Source of the DNA: Octopus sinensis
Lineage: Eukaryota
Length of the DNA: 33,934 nt
Reading direction: 5' to 3'
Assembly: GCF_006345805.1 (NCBI RefSeq)
Contig: NW_021831915.1
Location: forward strand, 1 to 33,934
This document shows positions 1 to 11,364 of this stretch, piece after piece. The stretch's first letter is position 1; every line of letters begins with the position of its first letter. The notes beneath the pieces are model-generated. The model saw nothing but the letters and a program-made list of their open reading frames with translations, made no database searches and had not been told where the DNA came from. A program made the translations under genes and the position numbers.

Positions 1-298
1 TAGAAAGACTCACGGGGCGATAGTTGACAGGCGATGTGCGGTCGCCTTTTTTTAACAGAGGGATGACACTGGCAGTTTTCCACTGTTCTGGAGTAACACC
101 ATTGTCAAGACAGAATTGGAAGAATAGAAAAAGTTGGCTTAGAAGAAAGTACCCACCGCGTTTGAGAAGTAGGTATGTAACACCATCGAGACCAGGAGAG
201 GCATAATTGCGTTTATTCTTAAGGTGGCGTTGCAGCATTGCTGGTGTAAATTGCATAGTAGATATAGAGTCCGATGTCAGTGGTGATGAAGATGGAAT

Positions 299-300
<2 letters not shown>
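1..300 (-). mobile_element. CR1/L2-group LINE ORF2 fragment (start of RT domain), runs off the left edge
   Basis: Minus strand reads ...EQWKTASVIPLLKKGDRTSPVNYRPVSL, the W..A.V.P..KKG....NYRP.SL motif at the start of non-LTR RT domains; ends abruptly at a (TA)n array. Confidence 0.88.

Positions 301-301
<1 letters not shown>

Positions 302-351
<50 letters not shown>
302..351. repeat. (TA)n microsatellite
   Basis: Pure TA run. Confidence 0.97.
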
Positions 352-356
<5 letters not shown>

Positions 357-462
357 TTAGGGATAAAAGAACTATTAGGCAAATCAAACAGTGTAAAACA
401 TAAACCAAGACATAATTAAAATTATTAATATGATATACAAAAATATAAAATATAAAATTTAT

Positions 463-476
463 ATATATGTATACAC

Positions 477-510
<34 letters not shown>

Positions 511-569
511 ATATATATATATATTATATATATATATATACATATATAATATATATACATATACGTATA

Positions 570-601
<32 letters not shown>

Positions 602-653
602 CATATATGTATATATATATATAATATATATATACATATATATATATATATAT
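463..653. repeat. Interrupted (TA)n microsatellite
   Basis: Read directly. Confidence 0.95.
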
Positions 654-789
654 TGAAGTAGATAAGTGAATTATCTTATTACGGATAATTCAAATGATAA
701 CCGATACCTGGGTAGCCTTTGAAACATATGTAGAAAATAATAAAAAGGAATTTTGTTAAATCTTCGTTCAGCTCCATTTATTCCTACAC

Positions 790-937
<148 letters not shown>

Positions 938-1360
938 AATAATAATAATGAAATTAATTGTATACAGTGCTCAAGTGCACCACAACTTGTGAGAAAGTGC
1001 ATATAAAGTATATGCAGTAATGTAGAAATGTCTGGAAAGCGAACAATGTATGAGTCAGATACATGCTTGTGTGTGTATGGAGGGGAGAAAATCAAGTGTA
1101 GTGTTGGCGAATCTCAGGAAGCATGGAAGTTTTGAAGGATGCAGTGCTCCGACAACTAACAACTGATGCCGGCAGTTTGTTCCACGCTTCAGCAACTCTC
1201 AGCGTGAAAAAATGTTTCCTGAAGTCATGGGAGCTGTGCTGTTTTCTTACTTTGTAAATATGTCCACGGGTGTTAGATGGGTGGAGTTTGAAAAGGTGCT
1301 CAGAGTTATTGTTTGTACGATGGTTGATATTTTTATGGGTGTCTGCCAAGTCAGCTGCCA
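938..1360 (-). mobile_element. CR1-type LINE 3' end (ORF2 C-terminus, 3' UTR, (ATT)n tail)
   Basis: ORF 1092-1361 contains NTRGHIYKVRKQ..RKHFFTLRVAEAWNKLPASVV..SFK, the CR1 C-terminal TRGH...FF..RV...WN.LP motif. The UTR ends in ATT repeats. A homologous copy lies at 24048-24445. Confidence 0.9.
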
Positions 1361-1722
<362 letters not shown>

Positions 1723-2680
1723 AAAGGCGTTTCACCTTTACCAGTATTATATTACTCTTCAAAAAACAGGTGGATGAATGAACACTTGTTCACAGAATGG
1801 TTCATACAAGAATTTGTGCCAGCTGAACAAAAGCACTCTCACAAATGTGGTAAATCTGATTCAAAGTGCCTGCAGCTATTAGACAATTGCAGAGCACATC
1901 CTCAAGACACAAAACTAGTGTCATCGTGTGGGAATGTTTTTACGTGCTACTTACCACCGAATGTGACATCTCTCATTCAACCTCTGGAGCAAGGGATTAT
2001 TTGGAGCTTAAAACGTTTCTACAGAAATGATTTCATGATGAATATGATAAATAGCAATGTTAGTATAGGCAGTTTCCAGTGCAATTTTACCATCAAAGAG
2101 GCCATTTTTTCCCTTGCAAGTGCATGGAATCAGGTTTGAGCAGGCACATTAACAGAAGCGTGGGGGAAATTATACCCAGCGTCTTGTGCTCCTAAAGTGA
2201 AAGAAGCAGAAAATGTATCTGGAGTACAAAATATTCTTGAAAGTAGAGGATTTCCAACCAAACACACCGTTCTTCAATCACTTGATGCAAATGGAATTGA
2301 AATGTGGGTTTGACAAGATGAAGAAAACACTAAACAATGTCCTGAAGAAAATATTGGTCATGAAATTAGTGACAGCAACAGCTCCCATTTGAGTGAATCT
2401 TATGTAAATGGCCAAGAACACTCTAATGAGGAAATATCATGGAATAAGATGACAGAAAAGTCTATGGAGATAATGATAAAATTTCTAGAAAGAAATCCTT
2501 ACTTTAGTGACAACTATTTTTGGCAAGCAATGTCACTTTGAAAGGATATGATCATAAAGAGACTACAGCACGAGGAAATAGTGGAGTTTGGTGATCGCTT
2601 GAGGAATGCAATGGCAGACCCCGTCAGTTTGATAAATGAAGACAGAAACAAAAGTGAAGAAGCTCATTCAATGAACGCAT
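1723..2680 (+). pseudogene. Tigger/pogo-type DDE_1 transposase remnant
   Basis: WM...FTEWF..EFVP...LLDNCRAHP...[25 protein letters not shown]. In-frame TGA at 2137-2139, then TLTEAWGKLYP. The consensus QP(L/M)DQG aspartate is E here, and the 5' half is lost at the TA array. Confidence 0.88.
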
Positions 2681-3030
2681 AAAAGTATTCTACATTGGTG
2701 ATTGATTGTTAAATGCAGATAATTTATGTAATAAATACCTAACAATTAACATTTATTTAATTAGAAAAAAAATTTGAAAGTAAATTAACATTATTTAATA
2801 TTAATTTATTTTCAAATTTTTTCCCCCCAAGCAATGATATTTAACAATTCTTTAAAATATATAATGTGCTCATCTTAATATATACATTAAATACTAGAGG
2901 GGGTACCCGGAAATGTAAGAGGAAATATTTTCACACCCTTATGCATTTTCTTCCCATAATTTGAACAGCATCCTCTAACTTGAACATAGCACACGTTCGA
3001 ATTAGAGTAGTTCTACTGTATATACATACA

Positions 3031-3144
3031 GGTGGAGGTGCATGGCTTAGTGGTTAGGGTGTTGGACTCATGATCGTAAGACTGCTGTTTCAATTCTTGT
3101 ACCAGGTGATGCTTTGTGTTCTTGACCAAAACACTTCATTTCAC
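3031..3144 (+). mobile_element. tRNA-derived SINE head (family B)
   Basis: A-box-like TGGCTTAGTGG and a degenerate B box; reverse complement matches 6484-6660 and 11646-11845. Confidence 0.75.
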
Positions 3145-3280
3145 TCAAAAATGAATTACCATAAAAACCCATGTAATTTGCGCACCTGTGTAATTTACGC
3201 AGGTGATTTTTAGGATAAAATTTGTTAGAAAAAGCTTCTGCTCATGTAAAATTCTCACCCAAAAGTTTTCAGAATTTCTG

Positions 3281-3371
3281 GCGAGACAGCTGCAGGAGAA
3301 ATGCCCAGCCAAAGATAAGCCCCTGTAAATTGGCTTTCGTTGACATGGAGAAAGCCTTTGACAGGGTCCCC
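3281..3371 (+). mobile_element. Isolated RTE-type LINE RT fragment
   Basis: Reads RQLQEKCPAKDKPL then LAFVDMEKAFDRVP, the F.D.EKAFDRVP RT motif of RTE-clade LINEs. Confidence 0.8.
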
Positions 3372-3622
3372 TTGTGTATAATACACACCCCTTTTCTAAA
3401 TTGAGTCGTGCATAATTAAGCCAGCAGCACCTAGTCAAACAAACACTTCCGCGCATGCGTAATACAATAATGGTGATGTTCTTAACTGTTATATGGGAAT
3501 GTAAATATGTTTGCAAATTGTTTTTGTTATGGATTATTCTGTGTTCTGAATACTTTTATTTTAATAAATGTTGCTTATTGCAAGTTATAGATGATTCTTC
3601 ATTGCTTTCAGGCTTAGCTTAA

Positions 3623-4695
3623 CCCTTTCGTTACTATATTTCTGACCAAAATACACCCCTTATGTGTTTCAATTAATTTCTAACGTAATCATAAATTTAG
3701 TCTGGTTTCATTAAACAACTATAACTTTTTTATTTATCAATATATTAACATGAATTTTGGAAGATAATTTAATGAAATGTTCTCAACCAATTCTATACTA
3801 TAATTTTTGTCACAAAGTGACTCTAATTGCAGGCAGATACAGGTAAATTCAACAATATATAAAATTATTAAAATTTTGTTCAAACATCGCTATAGAAAAT
3901 GGGTTATTAGCTAATATTCAATTGGGTATACAACAAAATTTTACGATAGAATTTGTTATTCTTGGTAACTTTCTGATACCCATAATAATATTTATGGCAA
4001 AATAGGCCTTAATTTCATTTTAGGTTGTGGGAAATAACAAACTATCCTTTCTTTCACTTTGTTTACGTTTAGCGTAACGGTTCGTTTCCGCCGTAATGAT
4101 TTCAAATAGGCTCATTCGAAAAAGTAAAAAGAAATAGTTTAAGGCTTTACTCTTCTGGGAAAGTCTGTGGCTTGGTCCAGTTTCTTCAGAAAAATCACCG
4201 AAAGAAACAGTTTTTAAATTTTCACTCCATTCAGGTGCCAATTCATTTTCTTTATCGCTGTCGGAGCTCTCAAATTCACTGTTTTCACTTTCGGAAAATG
4301 AAACAGATTCATTATCAAATACCACATGCTTTTTTTTTCAGTCATAGAATTAGATTTATGAAGGTCTTCAGTAGAAAATCCTTCGAATTCTGACTCGCTG
4401 CTTGATATAATGAAATTCGTATCCATTTTTTGTCAGAATTACAAATTTTGAAAACACAATAGGAACAAATTTCGGAAAAAAATCTCCCAAAATTCACGGA
4501 ATTAAAATTACACTTCGATTATTGTTCAAAACTGTAGTTGAACTCTTTACGAAGTATAATACGTGTTTTCACGAATGTACTAAAGAGATTTGCTCTGATA
4601 TTCTCATTTAAATATGAATAGGTAAATTCGGGCGGTTTGGGGCGGCTTGGTCACATTAACCAAAATTTTTTTCGGGCGGTTTGGTAACGAAAGGG
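3623..4695 (-). mobile_element. piggyBac deletion derivative with intact termini
   Basis: TTAA (3619-3622) + CCCTTTCGTTAC ... GTAACGAAAGGG + TTAA (4696-4699): perfect 12-bp TIR and TTAA TSD. Subterminal CGGGCGGTTTGG direct repeats near 4629 and 4673. Confidence 0.92.
4020..4426 (-). pseudogene. piggyBac (PGBD-like) transposase N-terminal remnant, frameshifted and truncated
   Basis: Acidic N-terminus MDTNFIISSSESEFEGFS.. in one frame, continuing in another as ..GPS...YFFLLF...LFEIITAETNRYA (PGBD F..F....I..ETN.YA motif); catalytic core absent. Confidence 0.85.
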
Positions 4696-4897
4696 TTAAG
4701 GCATTTTCATGCCCGACATCACAAAATGCGTCTGAATAAACATTGCCAGACAGCAAATAGAGACTCGGACATTGCTTGGAAAATAGTTTTCAATTTTAAC
4801 CTTGTATATAGCACGCACTAGGGATTTTGACCTTTAAATTTTGGTGGGAAAAAATGCGGATTATACTCGAGGATTTACGGTTTATATATATATATAT

Positions 4898-5285
4898 GCA
4901 GAAGTGGCTCTGTAGTAAGAAACTTGAATGTGGTTGCTTCTCAACCACATTATTGTAGGTTCAGTCCCATTGCTTGGTACCTCGGGCAAGTGTTTTCTAC
5001 CAAAGCATTGGGCTAATTAAATATGTGTGAGTGGATTTGGTAGACTGAACTGAAAGAAGACCAACCCTAAACCTAATTTTTGTATTTGTGCCTTGCCACT
5101 GCTTGACAATCCATGGCAGTGTGTTCATATCCCCGTAACTTAGTGGTTTGTCAAAAGGGACCAATAGAATAAGTACTGCACTGACAAAGAAAATAAGTGT
5201 AGGGTGAATCGATTTGACAAGCAAAGAATACCCCAAGGCAGTGCCCCAGCATGGCCACAATCTAATGACTGAATCAAGTAAAATA
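4898..5285 (+). mobile_element. tRNA-derived SINE family A (full length, diverged)
   Basis: Head GTGGCTCTGTAGTAAG..GGTTCAGTCCCA, body GGATTTGGTAGAC..CCCCGTAACTTAG, tail GTGCCCCAGCATGGCCAC; matches four other copies in the window. Confidence 0.85.
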
Positions 5286-5329
5286 TTGAAATATACACAC
5301 ATATACATAAATACATACATAAGTACATG

Positions 5330-5760
5330 CTAATATGATCTGGCAGAGTTTCTAAAGCTGGATGCCCTTCCTAACACCAACCATTCCGAGAGTATAGCGG
5401 GTGCTTTTACGTGTCACTGGAACGAGGGCCAGTCAGGCAGTACTGGCATTGACCACGCTCAAATGGTGCTTTTTACATGCCACCTGCACAGGAGCTAGTC
5501 AAGCAATGCTGGCAACGGCCATGCTTGAATGGTGCTTTTTACATTCCACCGGCACCAGAGTCGGTTAGGTGGCACTGGCATCAATCATGCTCAAATGGTG
5601 CTTTTAACGTTCTACTGGCACGGGTTCCAGTCAGGCAGTACTGTCATTGGCCATGATAACAATATCACATGCCTCAACAGGTCTTCGCAAGTGGAGACCA
5701 TTGCCCAATAATTGAAGGGTACTCTTAAATAGGCTGGTTATGCAGCATTGGCATAGGCCA
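5330..5760 (-). mobile_element. Interspersed repeat family C (SINE-like) with internal 65-66-bp tandem units
   Basis: Contains CTGGATGCCCTTCCTAACACCAACC and four units starting GTGCTTTT at 5401, 5466, 5532, 5598; reverse-complement match to 11060-11325. Confidence 0.7.
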
Positions 5761-5911
5761 TGGTTATGTATGTATGTATATATATATAAATATATATATA
5801 ATTGCATGGCAATTTTTAACATTTATGTATTAGTCTTGTTGGGTACCTCTCTAGCAGTATATTGGATATATGTTATCCCATGGTGGGTTGAATTTTCAAC
5901 CCCTATCTCAT

Positions 5912-6103
<192 letters not shown>

Positions 6104-6413
6104 CTACATGTATATAAGTTAGAGAAGAAGTACCATGTAACATTTACCTAGAACTAAATTATGTACTATTTATTTATTATTTTGTACTTTATTTAGTTCT
6201 ACATAAATGTTTTATCGTATCTTTAATTTTTTCCTACATGGTATGATTTAAGTATATCATTGCTGAATTGCTACATGGTGGTTCTTCTCTGATTTACATA
6301 CATGCATCATATATTGTGAAATTTGATTTAGTATTACTAAATTGAATTTCTCCCTGTAAGTTAGGAATCATATTCCCTAATGTTATTATATATATATATA
6401 TATATACATATAT

Positions 6414-6446
<33 letters not shown>

Positions 6447-6483
6447 GATATGAGATTAAAGCTTTCTCAAGGCATTAACTTAA

Positions 6484-6660
6484 AAAGATGGTTTCCCGGA
6501 TTCTGTAGCGTATATATTTCCCCGCAGAATAGGAAGGTGGGCCATCGCTGGATTGCTCATTTTTATCAGCTAATTAGTTTGGGGTAAGTGGAGTGAAGGG
6601 TTTTGCTCAAGAAAGTAATCTCTCACCCAATCCAGGAAGAGAAACTTCGATCTTAAGAAA
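6484..6660 (-). mobile_element. SINE family B fragment
   Basis: TTGCTCAAGAAA...CAATCCAGGAA..GAAAC..ATCTTA; antisense to 3031-3144. Confidence 0.7.
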
Positions 6661-6918
6661 GACTCACATGCAGGCACACCTACACATGTATACATATATA
6701 TATATATAAATATATATATAAATATATATATATATATAAATATATATATTTATATATATATACACACACACACTCACACACAAATATACACCTTTATATA
6801 TTCATACACATAAATACATACATGTTCACACCCACAGTTATATATATATATGCATAATTGTACTGAGAAAATGTTTTTCAATTGAAATTTTCCCAGGCCA
6901 CTTGTTGACTCTGTTTAA

Positions 6919-7138
6919 CCCATTAGTGTTTAAACCGGCTGTATCCGGCCCAAATATTCTACACATTTATTGCTCAAACTGGCCAGAACATGCATCTCAC
7001 ACCTACCCTGCAATGTCACTCCAAAAATAAGCAATTACATCTTTCCTATCTTGAAGGTACAAAATAATATCAGATAATTTTTTTTAAATGTGAATAAATA
7101 AGGATTACTTTTGACAAATTAATCTGAACGCTAAAGGG
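6919..7138. mobile_element. 220-bp TTAA-flanked MITE (piggyBac-type ends)
   Basis: TTAA (6915-6918) CCCATTAGTGTTTA ... TGAACGCTAAAGGG TTAA (7139-7142); imperfect 14-bp TIR, no ORF. Confidence 0.85.
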
Positions 7139-7363
7139 TTAAGCCAAACAAAAGCTTTCTAAGAAAGTGTTTCATGTGAATGCTTATCCAAGTGTAAATA
7201 ACACCAATTAGCAATTTTGACTTTGCATTCAGACACAAAATCGATTCATTGAATGTATCTCTTTGCAATTTGGGATTTCCAAACATATACACTCATCCAC
7301 CCATTTATACACACCCACATACATACATTCATTCTTATAACAACAAACAACTTCAATTGTCTA

Positions 7364-7817
7364 TATCTTTTATTCTTTACTTGTTTAAGACTGTGGCCAT
7401 GCTGGGGCACTGCTTTCAAGAAGATTTTGCTAAATTTATCAACCTGAGAACTTAATATTTTAAAACTTGGGGCTTATTCTAAGGGTCTCTTTTGCCAAAC
7501 CGTTAACTGATGGGGACATAAACACACACTCACCGGTTGCCAAGCAGTGAGAGGGGGAACAGACATAGACACAGATACACACTCACAGGCAGATGCACAC
7601 AGATACACGCTCAGATGCACACACGTACACATATGGTTTTGTATATATGTACACATATATGAGGTGGGCTTCTTTTAGTTTCCCTTTACCAAATCCAAAC
7701 AAGTGTTTAATCACTCTGTCACTATCGTGGAAGACACTTGCTGAAGGTGCCACACAATGGGACTGAACCCAGAACCATGTGGTTGCGAAGCACATTTCTT
7801 ACTACACAGACATGCCT
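7364..7817 (-). mobile_element. SINE family A
   Basis: Antisense copy, from GTGGCCATGCTGGGGCAC to GGGACTGAACCCAGAACCATGTGG. Confidence 0.88.
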
Positions 7818-7854
7818 GTACACACACACACACATAGCTTTTATTTCCATAATA

Positions 7855-7986
7855 AGTTTACTTCCCAAGCACATGGTTCAGGGTTCAGTCCCACTACATG
7901 GCACCTTGGGCAAGTGACTGCTACTCTAACCTCAGGCCAACCAAGGCTTTGTGATTAGATTTGGTAGACGGAAACTGATAGAAGAC

Positions 7987-8034
<48 letters not shown>

Positions 8035-8262
8035 ATGTATGTATGTGTGTGTGTGTGTGTGTGTGTGTCTTCACGTCTGTGTGTGTTTTGGTGTGTCTCT
8101 GTCCTTGTACCTAAGCAGTTCAGCAAAAGGTACCAATAGAATAAGTTCCAGACAAAGAAATGAAATATGTGCAGAGTCAGTCCATTTGAATGGCAAAGAA
8201 TACCCCAAGGTGGTGCCTCAGCTTGGCCGTAGTTTAATGACTGCAGGATCCAGTAAAAGATC
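7855..8262 (+). mobile_element. SINE family A with internal (TA)/(TG) microsatellite
   Basis: CACATGGTTCAGGGTTCAGTCCCACTACATGGCACCTTGGGCAAG ... tail GGTGGTGCCTCAGCTTGGCC. Confidence 0.88.
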
Positions 8263-8336
8263 AACATACACATACAAGTAAATATATTTACATGGTTATG
8301 TTCACACATATGTTAATATACGTGTGTATATATATA

Positions 8337-8722
8337 TCTTTTCTCTCGTTTACTTGTTTCAGTCTTTTGACTGCGGCCATGCTGGAGCACCACCTTCAAG
8401 TAGAGTAAATCGACCCCAGGACTTATTCTTTGTAAGCCTAGTACTTATTCTATCAGTCTCTTTTGCTGAACCGCTAAGTTACGGGGACATAAACACACCA
8501 GCATTGGTTGTCAAGCAATGGTGGGGGGACAAACATATACACACATACATATATATACATATATACGACGGGCTTCTTCCAGTTTCCGTCTACCAAATTC
8601 ACTCACAAGGCTTTGGTCATCCCGAGGCTATAGTAGAAGACACTTGCCCAAGGTGCCATGCAGTGGGACTGAACACAGAACCATGTGGTTGGTAAGCAAT
8701 CTACTGACCAAACAGCCACTTC
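8337..8722 (-). mobile_element. SINE family A (least diverged copy)
   Basis: TACTTGTTTCAGTCTTTTGACTGCGGCCATGCTGGAGCACC ... GGGACTGAACACAGAACCATGTGGTTGGTAAGC. Confidence 0.92.
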
Positions 8723-8893
8723 TACATATATATATATGTGTGTGTGTATATATGCATATGTATGTGTGATAGACACTCCAATTGAAAACAACATACGAGC
8801 ATCCATCTTTTGCCCAAAGGTCTGCAGAAACAATTCCTTTACAGTGATGAAATGTTCATGCTATACTTTCACTCACTCTACTCATCAAATACA

Positions 8894-8933
<40 letters not shown>

Positions 8934-9093
8934 CATATATATACATATACATACATATACATATACATACATATACGTATACATATATATACATATACAT
9001 ACATATACATACATATATATACATATACATATATATATATACATATACATATATATATATACGTATACATATATATATATACATATATATATA
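8894..9093. repeat. Compound (TG)n/(TA)n/(TATACA)n microsatellite
   Basis: Read directly. Confidence 0.95.
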
Positions 9094-9336
9094 CTGTTGT
9101 GTCTGGGGAAAGTCATTCACTTTTAGTGCCTTATTATTTAACACACTCACTGGTAAAATTTCCACTTATTTCTTATTTTTATTTTCTAAAATTTTCGTTG
9201 CGTCTTGCAACCTTTTCAATAGTCTTGACGCAACGAAAATTTTGGAAAATAAAAATAAGAATAAGTGGAAATTTTACCTGTGAGTGTGTTAAATAATAAG
9301 GCACTAAAAGTGAATGACTCTCCCCAGACACAACAG
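9094..9336. repeat. 243-bp foldback (MITE-like): arms 9094-9204 and 9227-9336, 22-nt loop
   Basis: Arms are reverse complements with 3 substitutions and 1 indel. Confidence 0.92.
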
Positions 9337-9596
9337 AATATGCTTCAACACAAGAACTCACATAAAGAATCTTGCAAACCAAATCCAAAAACGAAATATA
9401 TATATACACACATATATATACATACATACATATGTGTGTGTGTATATATATATAAATAAATAATACATATAAATATATATGTATAAATATACATAATACG
9501 TGTGTGTGTGTGTGTATTTATATATATATATATATATAATATATATATATATACACACACATATATATATACATATATATATATACATATATATAA

Positions 9597-9960
9597 ATTT
9601 TGGCATTGAAAGCTACACCAATGCCAGAACGGGACGACACTGCATAGTGCCAAAGATCCCAGCAATGCTATCGCACTTCGGGATTCAGGGGCCCACAGCT
9701 TTTTAATATTCTCCTAAAGAACCTGAAGAACTTGCACAAAGTAAATGTAGGAGATTTTAAATCAAAGCTGGACCTCTTCCTGTCGAGAGTCTCAGATGAA
9801 CCTCCCTCACGTCAAGAGGTGTAAATAAGGGTGGCTACATCAAACTCCATTCTTTACCAAGTGCCACATATTGAAGGAGGCACTCAGTAATAACAGTGTA
9901 GCAGAACGGCAGTCGCTCCAGCATGGCCACAGCTCTGAGCTGAAACTACAGAAATAAAAT
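9597..9960 (+). mobile_element. L2/CR1-group LINE 3' end (ORF2 C-terminus and 3' UTR)
   Basis: [22 protein letters not shown]....FKSKLDLFLSRVSDEP...R.ATSNSIL.Q, followed by the tail CGCTCCAGCATGGCCACAG..CTGAAAC and an A-rich end. Confidence 0.82.
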
Positions 9961-10040
9961 ATATATAATACATATGTGTGTGTTTTGATATTTACATATA
10001 TATATATATATATATAATATATATATATATAAATATTACA

Positions 10041-10077
<37 letters not shown>

Positions 10078-10085
<8 letters not shown>

Positions 10086-10726
10086 ATGAGGGTGTCTAAG
10101 AGACACCAACATGCCGAAATAGCAGTCGAAACTCTGACTATAAAAACCACGTTAAGTGTTCATATCGCACCATGAGATAAGACAGAGGGACAAAATATAC
10201 AAGCAAAAATTATTGAATAATTCAAGATCCAGGATTTCTGGTTTTGCTTTAAATAAGCTTTACCGTCATCGGTTGAATATATCAAGAGTACATAAATACA
10301 GATATATATATGCAGAACAAACGATATACTTACATACACGAACGCCCATACATAAATACATATGCACGTATGCACGCGGCCAGTTAAATTACCCGCCGAA
10401 TCATCCCATAAGTACGATACTGGCCGCGTGCATACGTGCATATGTATTTATGTATGGGCGTTCGTGTATGTAAGTATATCGTTTGTTCTGCATATATATA
10501 TCTGTATTTATGTACTCTTGATATATTCAACCGATGACGGTAAAGCTTATTTAAAGCAAAACCAGAAATCCTGGATCTTGAATTATTCAATAATTTTTGC
10601 TTGTATATTTTGTCCCTCTGTCTTATCTCATGGTGCGATACGAACACTTTAACGTGGTTTTTATAGTCAGAGTTTCGACTGCTATTTCAGCATGTTGGTG
10701 TCTCTTAGACACCCTCATTTTTAATT
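10078..10726. repeat. 649-bp near-perfect palindrome: arms 10078-10384 and 10419-10726, 34-nt spacer
   Basis: Arms differ by 2 substitutions and 1 indel; the ORF track shows mirror-image ORFs on both strands. Confidence 0.97.
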
Positions 10727-10826
10727 GTTAGAAATTATTACCTTTGTAAGGTATTTTTCCCATGCTGGCCACTTGATAATATGGATACTTAAATATCGAT
10801 ATTATCCTCATATATAATATATATAT

Positions 10827-10863
<37 letters not shown>

Positions 10864-11059
10864 CAATATCATCATCGTTTAACGTCCGTTTTCCGTGCTA
10901 CCACGGGTTATATATGTATAGTACATACATACATATATATATTGAATATATACCAAATAATTGTCGTCACATATTACGTTTACAGATATATATATACACA
11001 CACACATATATATATATATATATACACATACAAAAAACATACATTAATGCATACTACAT

Positions 11060-11325
11060 ACGTATGTGACGGTGGCACGTAAAATGCATCATTCAAGCAT
11101 GCTTGATGCCAGCACTGCCTCAGTGGCCCTGATGCCTGTGGCACATAAAAAGCACCGACTTCACTCTCAGAGTGGTTGGCATTAGGAATGGTATCCAACT
11201 GCAGAAACTTTGCCAGATGAGATTGGGGCCTGGTGCACCCTTCTGGTATGCCAGCCCTCAGTCAAACTGTCCAATTCATGCCAGCATGGAAGCAGACGTA
11301 AAAGACGACGACGATGATGATGATA
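11060..11325 (+). mobile_element. Repeat family C copy with (GAC/GAT)n tail
   Basis: GGCACATAAAAAGCACC..GGTTGGCATTAGGAATGGTATCC..CATGCCAGCATGGAAGCAGACGTAAAAGACGACGATGATG. Short antisense tails of the same family lie at ~10868-10910 and ~12345-12400. Confidence 0.75.
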
Positions 11326-11364
11326 CATATATGTCTATATGTATGTATGTATTTGTAGCCCTCT

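Larger units (their letters stand above)
3157..4881. mobile_element. Non-autonomous TA-flanked TIR element(s) (Tc1/mariner/pogo-like ends) hosting nested inserts
   Basis: Left end TACCATAAAAACCCATGTAATTTGCGCAC matches the right end of 20373-21428 over ~120 bp. Right end (revcomp) ACCGTAAATCCTCGAGTATAATCCGCA is related but not identical, so the two ends may be from different copies. Confidence 0.55.

Noticed and set aside
2895-2990. Possible mariner-type terminus (TACTAGAGGGGGTACCC)
   Set aside because: No partner TIR or coding remnant found.
10156-10652. Four ~90-105-aa ORFs in mirror pairs
   Set aside because: Produced by the palindrome; no recognisable domain.
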